Source of the DNA: Chlorokybus atmophyticus
Taxonomy: Eukaryota > Plantae > Mesostigma and Chlorokybus algae
Assembly (NCBI GenBank): GCA_009103225.1
Contig: RHPI01001737.1
Span: 802,091-866,090, forward strand
Direction of reading: 5' to 3'
DNA length: 64,000 bases
Positions 45,409 to 59,025 of the stretch are shown here, in pieces. Below the pieces are notes generated by a model. It was not told the origin of the DNA and did not search any database. It saw only the letters and a list, made by a program, of their open reading frames with translations. A program made the translations under genes and the position numbers. Each line of letters begins with the position of its first letter. Position 1 is the first letter of the stretch.

Positions 45409-47928
45409 ATGCCTGCTGCGGGCTCACCATCAACAACAACATCCGGCAAGATCCGCGTTGTTGCGAGGGTTCGTCCATTACTTCCACGCGAACTTCTCGA
45501 CGAGGAGTGCGTTTCCGTCCGCGAGGACGGCCGCACCGTCGCGGTCGCCAGCACCGTCTCCAGAAACAACAAGGAGAACGTCAACGTGGTCACGAGCGGG
45601 TTCGATGCGGTGCTGGGGACAAATGCTGGACAGGTGGGTGGGGAAGAGGGTGGGTGCATGTGATGAGGGGAGAGGGATTGGGAGGGAGTTGGGTTGGGTC
45701 TAATGTTGGGTGGTGGTGGTGGTGGTGACAGGAGGATGCGTATGAGACGGTCAGGGGACATGTTCAGGGGGTACTTAAGGGGCTCAACGCGTGCATCCTG
45801 GCTTACGGACAGACAGGCAAGTGGTGATGTTAACAAGTGTTGGTGATGATGATCGTCCAACAACACTTGGAGACGAGGGTTTCTTTTCGCATCCAGGTAC
45901 GGGTAAGACGTACACGATGCTTGGAGCAGAGCCCTCCGCCGCCGCGTACGCCGACCCTCGCCTCGCCCACCTCCACGGCATCACGCCCCGTGCCGCCCAG
46001 GAGCTGTTTGCCGCGGGACCACCCGGCCTCGCCGTCAAATGCAGCTACGTAGAGGCAAGTGTGACACCCACACCCACACCCACACCCACACCCACACCCA
46101 CACCCACACCCATCCCCATCCCACCCACCCNNNNNNNNNNNNNNNNNNNNNNNNNNNNNNNNNNNNNNNNNNNNNNNNNNNNNNNNNNNNNNNNNNNNNN
46201 NNNNNNNNNNNNNNNNNNNNNNNNNNNNNNNNNNNNNNNNNNNNNNNNNNNNNNNNNNNNNNNNNNNNNNNNNNNNNNNNNNNNNNNNNNNNNNNNNNNN
46301 NNNNNNAAGTAACTAAGCCAATCTCGCATGCTTATTGAGTGGTTGTGACTAGTGAACCCACCCACCCACTCACCCACCCAGGTCTACAACGAGAAGCTCT
46401 ACGACCTCCTCGCCGGCGTGGAGGGCGGCGTTCCCACCAAACCCATGCGTGGCTCTGACCCGTTAGATGTTGGGCGTGTGCGCGCGGGCTTGGAGTTGCG
46501 TGAGGAGGGAGGTGGTGTGTATGTGGAGGGTCTGACGGAGATCGAGGTCGGGAGCGCGGGGGCGGTGATGGCGTTGGTTGGAAGGGGCCAGAGGACGAGA
46601 GCCACGAGACATACGGAGATGAACCAGGTGGGGAAGGAGATGAGAGGGATGGCTTTGTGTGTTACTTGGTGATGCGTCAGTAGTACATACACACTGGCAA
46701 TGGACATGCGTCGCCAGCAGTGGCTGAATACGCATAGCATTATCACATATGTAACCAGCCTGCGCCAGTGTAGACTTTCGTACGGAGTGTGCTGCATGAG
46801 CCACCATCACAGTCGCAGGCGTGTTACCGTGCTTGTGTGACGATGAGCCAACATTGTCGTGCCCATGCAGATGAGTTCGCGGTCGCACGCGGTGTTGACG
46901 CTGGAACTGTCTTCCAACGCGGGCGAAATCTGCGGGACGAAGCTGAGGCTGGTGGACTTGGCGGGCAGCGAGCGGTGGGACACGGGCATACAGGTAGGAG
47001 TTGTGTGCGTGTACGTGTGTGCATGTGTGCGCAAGTTTGTGGTGATGTGTGCGCACGCGTGATTCACAATCACATTGGGACAGGGTTATGCAGGTGAGTT
47101 GTGTGCGTGTGCATGTGTGTGTGTGTGTATGCACGCACGCGCGCGCACACGTGTGTATGTACAGGATACGTAAAGTGCTGTTGTGCACACGCATTGCCGT
47201 GCGTGCATGCGTGTGTCCGTGCGTGCGTGCGTGTGTTTGTGCGTGCGTGAGTTGCAATTGCACCGTAACCCATTGCCACATACACACCCACACGCTCACA
47301 TGCAGATGGGTGCGGGTCGCGAGCGCGAGTTGACTGCGATCAACACGTCTCTGAGCGCATTGACGAGCGTGATCGCGTCCCTGACGGAGAGCGGTCGCAG
47401 CCACGTGCCGTTCAGGGACTCCGCGCTCACGTTCTTGCTACAAGACTCGCTGGCGGGGAACTGCCGCACAGCGCTCATCGCCACGCTATCGCCAGCCAAG
47501 GTAAAACAATGGGTAGACAAGGATGAATACACAAAAATCATGATAGTGGGTAGCAGCTTTGCAGCCCATGCAAACTATCCCAACGAGCATGGCTTGCAAC
47601 AAAAAGACAAGCAGTAACCATACCAGACGCACACACACAACACAAGGAGAGCAGTGGCGTCCTTTGTTTGAGCAGCTTGAGACGACATCAGTGTTTTGTG
47701 GTATCGCCAAGCGCTGCGTATGCTGCCAAAGCAGACTCACTACAACTCCATGCACCTGTGCGATTGGCGAGACTGACTGACCATGTGATACTGATGTTGA
47801 GAATATCCGTGCAGAGCTCACTCGAAGAAACGGTCTCAACGCTCAAGTTCGCAGACAGAGCTCGCCGAATAGTGACAGGTATGTACAAGCTACCCTGCGT
47901 CATGAATATCACATACACGTGCACACAG

Positions 47929-47960
<32 letters not shown>

Positions 47961-49831
47961 TACTCCCCCGCAGCCGTCGTTGCCCACAAGTCCGGTCCCC
48001 CCGACCCCGCCTCCCACCGAAAGGAGATCGACCGTCTCAAGGGCCTCCTCGCCCTGTTCGTCCAACGCAGCGACGATGGCTCCGACCCTCTGTCGCAGAT
48101 GGAGGCCAGGCTCAGATCAGCTGAGGCGGACAACCAGAGACTGAAGGCCGCACTCGCTGAAGAACAGATGAAGGTGGGTGGGTGGGTGGGTAAGGGTTCG
48201 CAGGGGACTTACTTGTTGTTGTTGCGTAGATGAATGAGCTGTTGGTTGCGCTGCAAACCAAGCCTGTCGGGGAGCGGCGGAACAACACGCAAGCTGAGAC
48301 TGCGGGGGTGCGCTCGACACCACACGTGCGGTTGAGTACTCAGGTACGTGCCCGTCAGCTTGACCAGTTGCTTGTATAGTCAGCACAACATGTACTGGCA
48401 TGCTGTTAAAAGCAACCAACCAAAAGCCAGTGGTAGAAGTGCTTTTGATAGAGATGCTTTGGATTCACACGCACTGAGCCGAGCATGTGCAGGCCAGTAA
48501 GGCAGCTGCTCCAGTGCAACAACGCCAAGCGCGCCAGTCAGCGCAAGCATCATCAGACCTTCCCAGCATGCCATACACATACGCGCAGCCATCACACACT
48601 CAACCAATACAGTACTCTCAGCCAAGCCCAGCAGTCGCACAATCGCAGCCCAACTTTGCGCAAGCTTTCCTCGTCGCATCGCAGCAGCCGCAGCCAACCC
48701 AAAGCATGTACAAGCCTCCTGTAACAATGCCACAGCAACAGCAGCAATTACAGCAGCAGCAGCAGCAGCAGCGAAGGCAATCACAAGTGTATGCAAAAAC
48801 CCCGCTCGATACTGGCCAACAACAACAACAAGGCATGCTCGGGACGTCCAGCTTCGCCGCACACTACGCCGCTTCCATGCGCATGCAGCCACAACCTGTG
48901 AGTGACGCATCCAGCTAGAAACTGACAACTTCTATCACACGTGTTGAAAGTTGTCTAACATCTCTTTGTCATGCAGGCGATGCAGCCGTTGGCGAGCACG
49001 TCCGGGGGGTTTGATTTGGGTCCCACAGCTTTAGGGACGGCAGCCGGCACGTGGTCAGCGCGGGAGCGGGTACGTGTGCATGAAGACTGCAAGGGATCCA
49101 AGCACAGGATTGACCGCTTGTTGATGTGTGCTTATTTCACAGGCGCTTGAGCGGTATCGTGCGATTATCTACAATGGGGAGGCACCGCAGCCAGCCGTTC
49201 CAGACACCTCTTACAGGCAAGGAGTGACAAACAAGTGAACCTTATGAAGGGTGATGTTGTTGCCAACTGGTGATGTTGTTGCAGGGACCCGCAGCATGTG
49301 CCCAAGTGGTATGCATCAGGAGGCATCACGTCAACAAGCCTTGAGTCACCACTGCCAAGCCTAAGTCCCAAAGCTCCAGGGCGCAGCCGCCTTGGCGGCA
49401 ACAACGGCAGTGCAGGCAAGACACATCCGCTTGTTGTCACAATAAGATGAGTGCAATTGTACAAAATACCACATGTTTACCTGTGCTCTACCTGTCTTGC
49501 AGCTGCATCCCCATACACGGTGCCATTGAAGACGCCTACGGCCACACGCACGCTCAAGTCACCATTGAAAGCCGCCAACGGCGTGATGCGCAGCGCGCAT
49601 GCGGACAGCATGTGGGTTGCGGATGATCACGTGGGCATCGCCAACAACAACAATAACAACTTCGCCTCTGCCGCTTCCGCCCCGGTGGTGCAGCTCTCCG
49701 CAGGATGGGGCAGGTCGTCTTTGCGTGGAGGGAATGCCACTGGTGGGAACAACTCGGAACCGGCTGTCGTGGGCGCTGGATGGGGACGCTCCTCGGTCAA
49801 CGTGTCGCGCGGACAGGACCAGTATGCATGA
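45409..49831 (+). CDS. Kinesin-like protein with N-terminal motor domain, short coiled coil and disordered Q-rich tail
   Basis: [10 protein letters not shown]-loop [27 protein letters not shown], switch I MSSRSHAV, switch [45 protein letters not shown] and [13 protein letters not shown]. Tail exons are joined by frame continuity to the stop at 49831. Confidence 0.92.
46066..46130. repeat. (CCCACA)n-type C-rich simple repeat running into an N gap, in a kinesin intron
   Basis: Directly visible. Confidence 0.85.
46131..46306. other. Assembly gap (176 N) in a kinesin intron
   Basis: N run. Confidence 0.99.
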
Positions 49832-50146
49832 ATGTGACATTGTGTGCAGCGAGCATCAAGCCATTGCCAGCCAACATGGCGATAGCACCGAGCTCAATTG
49901 TCCAACTGCGCTACGAGCAACACACATGACGGTGAGCAAGCAGATACTGCCTGTTTTGTAAACATTTGTGTGAGCGCGCGCGTGCATGTGTGTGCGCAAG
50001 GGTGCGTCCAAGGGCATGTGCTTCATCTTTGCTAGCTATAGGTGCCCGAGTGCCTTTCGACATGTATCCATTCAGCAGCACAGCGTCTCTCATTGTCCAC
50101 AGTGTACAGGCACAGAAGCAACCAGCTCAAAAATGCCACCAAGCTC

Positions 50147-52993
50147 TCATCTAGCCGCAACACTTGAAGGCTTGCCGTCTCTCCTATTCACAGCCTTCAG
50201 AGACGGATCCAGCAGTGTGTGCCACAGAGCTTCGGCAATGCGCGCCGCGGACCCCGGCTCCCCCATGCGCCGCTTCCCATTGCGTGCGATTGCTTCAAGA
50301 CGCTCAGGGTTGTCCATTGTTGACGCCAATGTCTTCGCCAAGTCGGTAGGGTTAGCACAGAGAAGGACCTGATGGGGACGCAAGTTAGAGCATTCACAAG
50401 ATGTTGGCATTAGTGTTGAGCGAGATTATGCGCCAATGGGAACTTACAGATTCACCAAGTAGCCGTGTCTGGGCTTCAGCAAACTTGTATGTGAACTGAG
50501 GGCCCTTGCCAGCCAATGTGAATGCGGGCTTGCCCAGGCCAACCTGCATTGCGTGCAGGTTGCTAAGGTGGACAAGTCGGTTGTGCTTGGCTGTGCACAA
50601 AGTGCCACAGTACAGACTTGATTCAAGGAATGCAAAATCTGATAAGGCGAATGCTTGAGCAAAACTTGCGCCGTGTGGCTGAGACAACAAACATCTCAAC
50701 AACATGGCCAACTCGCTTTGAATGAGCAAGCAACTTACGCTCACCATCTGCTCAGTGGCAGTCCCAGCCATGGCTATAGCCGCCTGGCCAGCGTGAGCAC
50801 AATCGTTGAACAGGCCATTGCACAGCGCCAGCACCGCAGTTGAGGACCTCCCCGGCATGTCCAACACGTACTCAGTGACATTGGCAGTGTGATCTCGATC
50901 CTGCAGCTGCCGCCAACCTTGCTGCAGCAACTCCTTTGCAAACGGCTCCATTGGCAATGATGGCACGATTGGCGCCACAAACGCTGTCCGATGAGGCGAC
51001 AATGCTCCCACCGTCTCTCGTGCCGCTGACACTGTGAGTCTCCAGTTGTCATAAACCTGAGTGTGGTCAGATGTCAAGCAAGTGTTGTCACGAGTACAAC
51101 AAAAAAAATGCCCGGTCCTGACCTCGGGTGCGCGCGAGCCAGGTAGTAGCGTGAAGCAGCGGTGTGGAGTGTGTGCGTGCATGAAGCTATCCAGAGCACC
51201 GGTGGGGTGCAGGCCGTCCATCATGGGGTTGCCCAGATCAACTACCTGCAACCAGCGACATCACCTTCAACACGTGAACACGAGTGATGAGCCCTTGAGC
51301 CGAGTCAAATGTAACCTTGCTTTGAGCATGTGCTTGCAGGTGCGACTTAAGTACTTGCGCTGTCAAACTGTCCCGCGGAGCCGAAATCCTGACAACAACA
51401 CATCCTCAGTGCTTTGCTGGACATATAGCCAATGTGGCTTGAGAAAAGCAGCCTTGGTATTTACTATGTGTGCAAGACAAGAGTTCCATGCGTACAAACA
51501 GGTGCACCTACAGCGTGAAGAGGCAATCAACGCGCGCTCCCAAGGCAAGTACACGCACGTAGGCGATATCCTAGTCTCCACTGCGCTTGCAAGCACAATC
51601 GGACAACATGCTGCACACCCAATGGCAACCTGCTGATGGCCAAAGCACACTCACATGGGTCACGCGCATCTGCAAACATGTTCTCATTGCCATCCTGCAA
51701 GTAGAACTCGCTCTTGGCTGTGCCGATGAAACCGTAAGACTGGTTGCTGGACGACTTTGATACAGCCCAAGCGAGCGCAAGGGGAAAGACGTCTCCAACT
51801 GCGAGCAGTGACCCACTTGGGTTTGCAGCCACCCACTCGCGCAAAGCTCGCCACTGTTCAGATGACAAATACTCGTTTGACTGCTGCAATACAACAACTT
51901 GTAATATAGTACAATAACAACCAAAGCACACAGTGTGCCCTGGCTACCTGCTTGAGAGTTAAGTCAACGAGGCCAGCTTGCACGTCGCGCATGAGCTGTT
52001 TTCTATCCATGTACAGGAAGCTGGATTCAAGACAAACCTCCATCAGAACAGAACATGCGATAGCAAAAACCAGGCTCACACATTACCATGAGCTGCATGC
52101 TCACCCCCCGCTGGGCATGTTCTGCGCGGGTCCAATGCGTGGGATCCCGCAGCGCCCGTACACGCCTCCGAGGCCAACGAGCGGCAGCGCTTCTATGGCA
52201 ACGCTGCGACCACAGTTCTCTGCATGCTCCCGCACGGCTGCTGCCACGGCGGCACCAATGGCGTCCTCGCCGTGGCCGTTGCTGCATTGCAACCAGAAAT
52301 TGGGAGCACTATGCGTTGGTATGACGCAACAGTAAGTACTTGGTGCAAGCGAGCCTGAAAATGCAACTGCTGCCCGGGTGGTGGTTCGAGAGCCGAATAT
52401 TGCTTGCCAAAGTCATCAAGTAACTAAGCCAATCTCGCATGCTTATTGAGTGGTTGTGACTAGTGAAGGCTGGGTGGTTTACTGCTTGGCCTTACGGCAG
52501 GTCAGTACGACAATTGCTTCTACGGGTTGGCTTGCTCTGCAAGTGTTACGCTACGCTTTGGCTAAGTCCATCCTTGCTGGTCAATGTCCATGCATGGACA
52601 TTTGAGCAAGATTTAAGAACTCAATGCTTGGTACACTCACACACGATTACCTGGCAAGCAGTTCGGTGGAAGTCTAGCAAGCTGTGTGCATGGCAATGCG
52701 ATGAAGGTGCAAAGCACACACCTGAGCACCAGCAAGCGTGCAGTGTCGCCCGTCAATGCTTGCGCTGCTGCAGCCTGGCCTGTTGCCACAGCAGCCGCGA
52801 CTACTGCGCAGCCGGCCAGGCCTGCCCTGCGGCGCCCGCTTGTTAAGCACGGCCCGCGTCGTCTGGCTGTGCTAAGACGCCGCCTGCACAGCAACGGGCA
52901 TGCAGGCGACTGAGCAGTCCTCCTCGGCTGCGGCACTGCCGCCAGCGACGACGACGACGAGGCGGACGACGCCGCCAGCAAGCTTCCCGCCAT
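50147..52993 (-). CDS. Lipid-A-disaccharide synthase (LpxB)-related glycosyltransferase of the cyanobacterial TIGR03492 type, with a plastid-like transit peptide
   Basis: Ser/Ala/Arg-rich presequence MAGSLLAASSASSSS..., then RLLVLSNGHGEDAIG, LPLVGLGG.Y, MPSGGFLYMD, AVGDVFPL, FIGTAKSEFY, LGNPMMDGL, LLPGSRAPE, AMAGTATEQ.VGLGKP...GKGPQFTYKFAEAQTRLLGES and NGKRRMGEPGSAARIA. Confidence 0.85.
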
Positions 52994-54322
52994 TTCTGCG
53001 AGCAGCAGTGCGTTGAGATTGATGCATGTGAGCAGCCTTGTGTTCCATTTCTTTGGTTTCTGTTCTTTTTTGTGCTTTGATTTTGTGGCGGGGGAGGGGA
53101 AACTTGTTGTTGTCTTGACAGGCAGAACGGACACACTTGGTAAATATGTGACGCAAGGCAAGAGGCCAACTAACAAGTGCCAGGAAGGCAAGGCATGCAA
53201 GGAGTTTAAAACTTCGACAAGTGGAGCAGCGGTGGTGGAATGCAATGTTATACCTGAAGTAGTGAGTTCACGAAGGCTGATGGTGTATGCCACATGTGTA
53301 TGCAAGCCCATGCACACAGGCCAGGACAGAGTCACGGCGCACTGCTGCTGCTCACTTCGCATTAGCGAAAGCAAATGTTTTGCGTGAACCATGCGCAGAT
53401 GGCACAGTTGAGCACCAACGCATCTCCATGCATGCGGCAAACGGCCACTTTTCTCCGTGCCACACACCCACTCACAACACACGACATATGCAAGGACAAT
53501 ATGCTTCTGCCATGCATTGGCTCAGCACCGCCTATGCATAGGCTTTCCAACAATTGCAACACAATGTAAGGCACCAGCAAGCACACCAGCCAGCACACCA
53601 ACAGGCATGCATGGCAGATGCATATTTATGCAATGCAGACGGAATAACGTCGGATGCATAGTGTCACACATGTGTCAACCATGCACAGGATCTTGCATGC
53701 AATACATCGTCCCAACTGCTCAGTCTATGTTGGACACAGTAAGAGCAAGTAAAATGGGACTGGCTGCCAGCGGAACCTTCCAATAGGCCCAGCCAGAGTT
53801 GCATGTACAGAGTGTCGTGGTCAATGTAGTAACCTACTGGCTCCTCACTGATCATACAAATGTGCAACGTGCGAGTATGATCAACAACGCTGTTTGTTTG
53901 TATATGAAGAGATTGTAGACTACGTGGGCCCGCCGGCATGCGCGACCTCTAAGACAGACACAACACTAACCTCGTGCAGAGCCACAAGCTTGCACAGGCC
54001 ACAAGCTAACACTGTCAATAAATAACCGTGGTTGGATGAACAATTTGCTGTGCATGGAACCATCATACTGCGCATACCAAAGCACCCAGCGAGTTAATTA
54101 ATGTGACAGTTGTTGATGTGGCGCAGCAGCCAACACCGGCGTCAGACAAGCATCACGAGATCGTGCGCTGCAATGCGCCCCAGCAAGATGTTGCACTTGA
54201 CAACGCCCATGCATACCATTGGCACAGACTGTCAGATGCAGCCCATGCAAGCTGCAGTAACAGCTGAATTCTTGGAAAACAATGCACTGTCCAACGCCTC
54301 TATACAATCAGTGCATGCCTTC

Positions 54323-57300
54323 TCAATCCTTGAACGTTGCTGTCCTGTTACCTGACCTTGGAAACACTTGGCTGCGCTTCCCAGGCTTCAAGTCCACCTG
54401 CAAATGGAGGTACGCATGCGGGTCGAATACTTTAGCCGCTCTTCCATTGGCTTTGCTCTTCACGCTTGGATCATAGCTTTTGCCCGCTGCCGCCGCATCC
54501 CTCTCAACCCTTGGCTCGGCAGGTTGGACTCCCATAGTGGCGCGCGCAGCAGCATAATCAAAGGGTTGAACTGTCTCTCGGTTGTGCGCAGCCTTTGCCG
54601 AGTCAATCGCCGAGTCAGTCTCACCTTCCTCGTCACTGCCATCACTCAACAGGCCAGCTGCCAGCGCTGCGGAACGCCCTCGCTTTGAGGGAGTCAGCTT
54701 GGAAGAGCGTGCTGCTCCATCATGAGCATCAACAGTATCATGAGGGGCTCGCTTGGCGGGTGCATACTTTTCTTTCACAGACTTCGGCAACTCGAGACCA
54801 GCTGCTCCACTGGTTGTGGCAGCACCAGATTGCGAGACAGCTGTTGCGGGCCGCAACTCTCTCCATGACGGCGCGGCAGCAGTGGTCTCTGGCAACGTGA
54901 TCACGTCTTCCATTGCCGCCTCAGCCTCAACCGCAACAGGCTCAGAGACTTCCTGCGCCAGCCCCAACGACGTCCTTTGCGGTTCTCTCTGCGCCTGAGG
55001 GGGAGAAGAACGCATACCACTCGGTGCTGGGACAGCATGAAATGACAGCTGCAGCGACGCGCGGATGCTTTCAGCTTTGCGCCGTGCTTCCTCCTGCAGC
55101 AATGTAATGCACACATCAGCTATAAGGACCAAAACCATTGAAGCCGGAGACCTTAACAACATGACAAATTTACTAACCTCCTCAGGGGTAACTGCTGTAG
55201 CTGCAGCTGCCAGAACAGCCGACATACTGCTTGAGGGTGCAGCCAGCATAGGTGCCCCTGCCCTGGTGGCCTGAGTTGCAAACATAGATGGTGATCCTGC
55301 CACTGCTCGTATGACCACAGCGCGCCTGGCCTTTATTACTGGCGCTGGTGCTGGCGCCGCTGCGGACGCTGCGGAAGCCACGGCCGTCAAAGCCTGTGGC
55401 CGGAGAAGTAGTTGTGGCTGCTGTGGCAATGCAGCTGGTGCAGGTGCATCCTGATCAGGCGGCTCTGCATCGTCTCGAACAGGTGGAGTTGATCTGCCAT
55501 CTGCAACAGCAGTGAATCCATCTTCTATTGCTGCTGCTGGTTGAACGACCACTCCTTCCTCTGCAATGACTGCTGCTGTGGCTGCAGCCTCCGACTTTGA
55601 ACGACCAGAAGGGGTGGCTTTAGCTTGTGATGTGGCCTCCCGCGCATCACATTCATCTTCACTAGGTGTTGAGCTGCTTGGGGAAGAAGCACTGCGCACC
55701 GGAATGTCCCGCACACGCGAAACAGGCCCTGCTCCTGCTGCATCAGCTTGCAGCCCTGGTGGAGGATGAGCCGCCTGCAAAACAAGCACATGTGGATTTT
55801 GAAACCAATACAGACGTGACGCGACATGGCATGAGTACGAGCTCGGCGTCTTACACACCTGCTCTTTGGCTTGTTTGATGACATCAACAAGCTCCTTTGC
55901 ATGCTGAGCAGAGAAAGGTGCTGATCCCCTTATCAACGAGTGCAGCGCGCGCAGGCTCACTGGCATGAGCTCCGCTGCAAAGATGGGACATCGTTAACAC
56001 CAAAGCACAACTGAGCGGCATGTGTTGAGCGTGTTGTCCACTGGGCACTGTTGTCAAGAACATGAACGTGTGATAATGCCAGTTGCTGCATACCGAGCTT
56101 GAACAGCAAATGGTTTGGCAAGACATAGCCGCAACCCTCGTCTTTCAAGCGCGCAATCCTGTCCCGCCAGGCGTAAAGACCCTGCAGGCACAACCCATGC
56201 AACAATTAACTTGCATGTTGCACACCCTACTTGGCAACCACTGACCAAAAGTAATACTTGCATGGCACTATTAACTATGCCATGCAACAAGCACAAATTA
56301 ATAACCTGCACGAACTTACCGCAAACACAGACAGCTGTTCGGGAGACAGCGGTCTCTCGGACTTCCTGATATGGCACGTAGCATGTGTCACACGAGACAT
56401 CAAGTTTAAACCATCTGACAGTGGAGGTAACGGGACTGACCGGTAAAGCTTCAAGTAAGACGTCTCTGTGAACAATTCCTTTTGGTACAACTTTGCAGCC
56501 AGATCATTGCTTCTTTGTAATACCTGAAGGACAACTTATGAGACAACACGATATGCATGTATGTTGTGCAGCTCGAACAAGCAACCACGATTGCACAATA
56601 ACCTTGCATGATGCCATACCTGCACGTATTTGCTAGGCTCTCCATCTTTTGTAGGCAAGTCGTGCAAGGACATGCGCAAGCGATCGTAGATGTACAAGAG
56701 GTAGTGAGTGTCCTCCCTCGCATATTTCAACATGGCTGGGGGTAGAGGCCGCAACCGCCAATCAGCCAGCTGGTACCTGAAACAGAACACCGGTCACTCA
56801 AGAGTGACGTTAAAGCTGTACATCAGACTTCAATGCAGCATGCGGTTGATAAGCTTCGTGCAGCATCTTACCGCTTGTCAGCTGTAACACCGCAGAAGTG
56901 CTCCAGCAGATACTTCAGCCCAAACGATGGCAGCTGAAGCATGCGTGCTGCCTGCATGCGCACAGGGTGAGTGCTTAAAGCTTGCTATGTGCCTGTATGC
57001 AATGGCAGAGCCCGATCTACATGCAGTGAACAACAACAGGTTCAGAAACGTACCTGTCCCGTATCAAACACGTTGACTAGGTATATACCAAAATCACGCT
57101 GCAGCCACTGTACATCCTTATCACAGCCGTGTAGAACCTGCAAGACAAGGTGATCAACCTCCATGCTCATCACCACAAATTGTAGCCGTAACGCACAAAA
57201 GATCGACAACCACTACTTCCTGATAACAACCAACCAATCCACTGCCTGTTACCTTAACTTTGGAGGCATCAACAAAGATGCTCTGCAAACAACCTCGTAT

Positions 57301-59025
57301 ATGGCTTCGCAGCACTAGAGTATCAACAATGAAGTCTTCTGCACGGGTGGAGACCTGCGTATGCTGTGCGTAAGTCGTGTGCACAAACATGCACAACCCA
57401 CAGCTTACAAACGCCGTTCAACCGCTCCAAACACCCACGCAGACGCTGTGCACATCAGCAAAGCTATACCTGCATCAAGCAGGTGAACCCTTGGAAGCTC
57501 CTGTAACTGTGGTTTTCCAAGTCAATCTGCGATAAATGTCATTATCATTTATGATTAGCAGCTGGAAATACATGACATTTGTGGGAAGAGCGCATGCACA
57601 AACTCAACATACCGCAATCTCCCGTGCTGCTTGCAGTTTTTTAACAAGCGATTGCAGTGCCGCAGGGGTGTCAACCAGCGTGAACGGTGTGGCGTCCAAA
57701 GGCGCAGCTAGCTGTGCATGGGTGGGCACCTGCAGCTGCCAAGAAGCGTATTGCAGGGATCGCAACTCTGCCTGCATAGAATGCCAATTAAACACATGTC
57801 AATATCGGGGGCTTGAGTAACATGATTTTTGTTTAAGTAAGGGGACATGCAGAGCAAGCCATTTGCCTAGTGACTAACCTCAAGTGGGTGACCATATGGT
57901 GAACCTGTGCCACCAGCTATGCCCAGTAACCGGGCATGTGCTTGCAACTTGTCTCTGCAAGAATCCTCCTCCTGCTGCAGCTGGAAACTTAACTAAGTCA
58001 GTGCCGTTAGCCAACATCACTTGCAAGCTGAACTGCTGATCAGGGCCAACCAGTGAACAGTGAATGACATCATTACAAGCATTGAGCATACGTTGGAGTA
58101 GTCCTCCACAGGGGGAGGCACAAACGGAGTGTTGCTGTTGTCAAGTGTGTCTCGAAATTGCAACTGAGGCCGTGGCAATGACGCAACATGAAACGGCACT
58201 GCCTGCTTCGCCCCCACAGCAGCTTTCTTCGCCTGCACCCACGAGCTCTCTTGACGTTGATCACTCGTTTTCAGCAATGATTAATCCACGTCACTATGCT
58301 AAGTTCAGCTTTGATTGCTTGTGTGACATGCATTACTCGGAACCGCCTCACCCCACTGCACCTCACCTTGGCAGGAACTGCAACTGCCACAAGCTTCGTC
58401 TGCTGCTCGGCCACAAAGCTCAAGCGCTGCTTGTCTAAGGCAGTGTCAACTCGCTCAAATGCGTCGTCCAGTACACTACCAAGCCACTCATGCGCGTCCA
58501 ACACGTCTTCTGGCAACACCTCGTCAGTTGGGATTCGCTGCAGCAACCCTCTCGCACGGCCCTTCAAGCCAGTAACTGCACTGGCAAAAGTCCTGCCGGC
58601 CACAAGACGTTGATCAGCATGCAAACTGACGAATCGCGCTAGCTAGACTATAGATAGTTCATGCAGACAATGTGTGTTACTTGTTAAAGATCTTGTTGAA
58701 GATCAGTCATACTTATTGATGAAGATCAGTGACATGCGCTGCTAGTACATTGACAATCCTTGATTAAGCCATCAAGTTGCAGCTGCAAGCACACTTCCAC
58801 CTGCATGACATGCGCGACGGCGTGCTAAACGACAGAACCACGCAGCACACATGCAAAGAACCATAACCAACGCTTGCAGCACCGACGCTGACGCACGCAC
58901 TTAAAATTGGAGTGGTAGTGGAAGTCCTTGCCAGCAGGCAACGCTGCCGCCGCTCTGTGCACGCCAGAAGCTGCGGAAGCAACCTGGGTAGCCCAGCTGT
59001 CAGGCGGCGCAGCAGGCGGTCCCAT
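54323..59025 (-). CDS. RRP6: Exosome-associated 3'-5' exonuclease RRP6 (plant RRP6L2-like)
   Basis: PMC2NT-like [13 protein letters not shown]; [17 protein letters not shown]; DEDDy exonuclease motifs (EIAV.., [63 protein letters not shown]); [24 protein letters not shown]; C-terminal [17 protein letters not shown]. Confidence 0.93.

Noticed and set aside
52375-52400. GGTTCGAG B-box-like motif beside the 50-bp duplicate (possible tRNA or SINE)
   Set aside because: The B-box is imperfect, with no A-box or cloverleaf.
53013-54300. Short ORFs between the LpxB-like gene and RRP6
   Set aside because: No homology cues; the region fits the RRP6 3' UTR plus the upstream region of the next gene.
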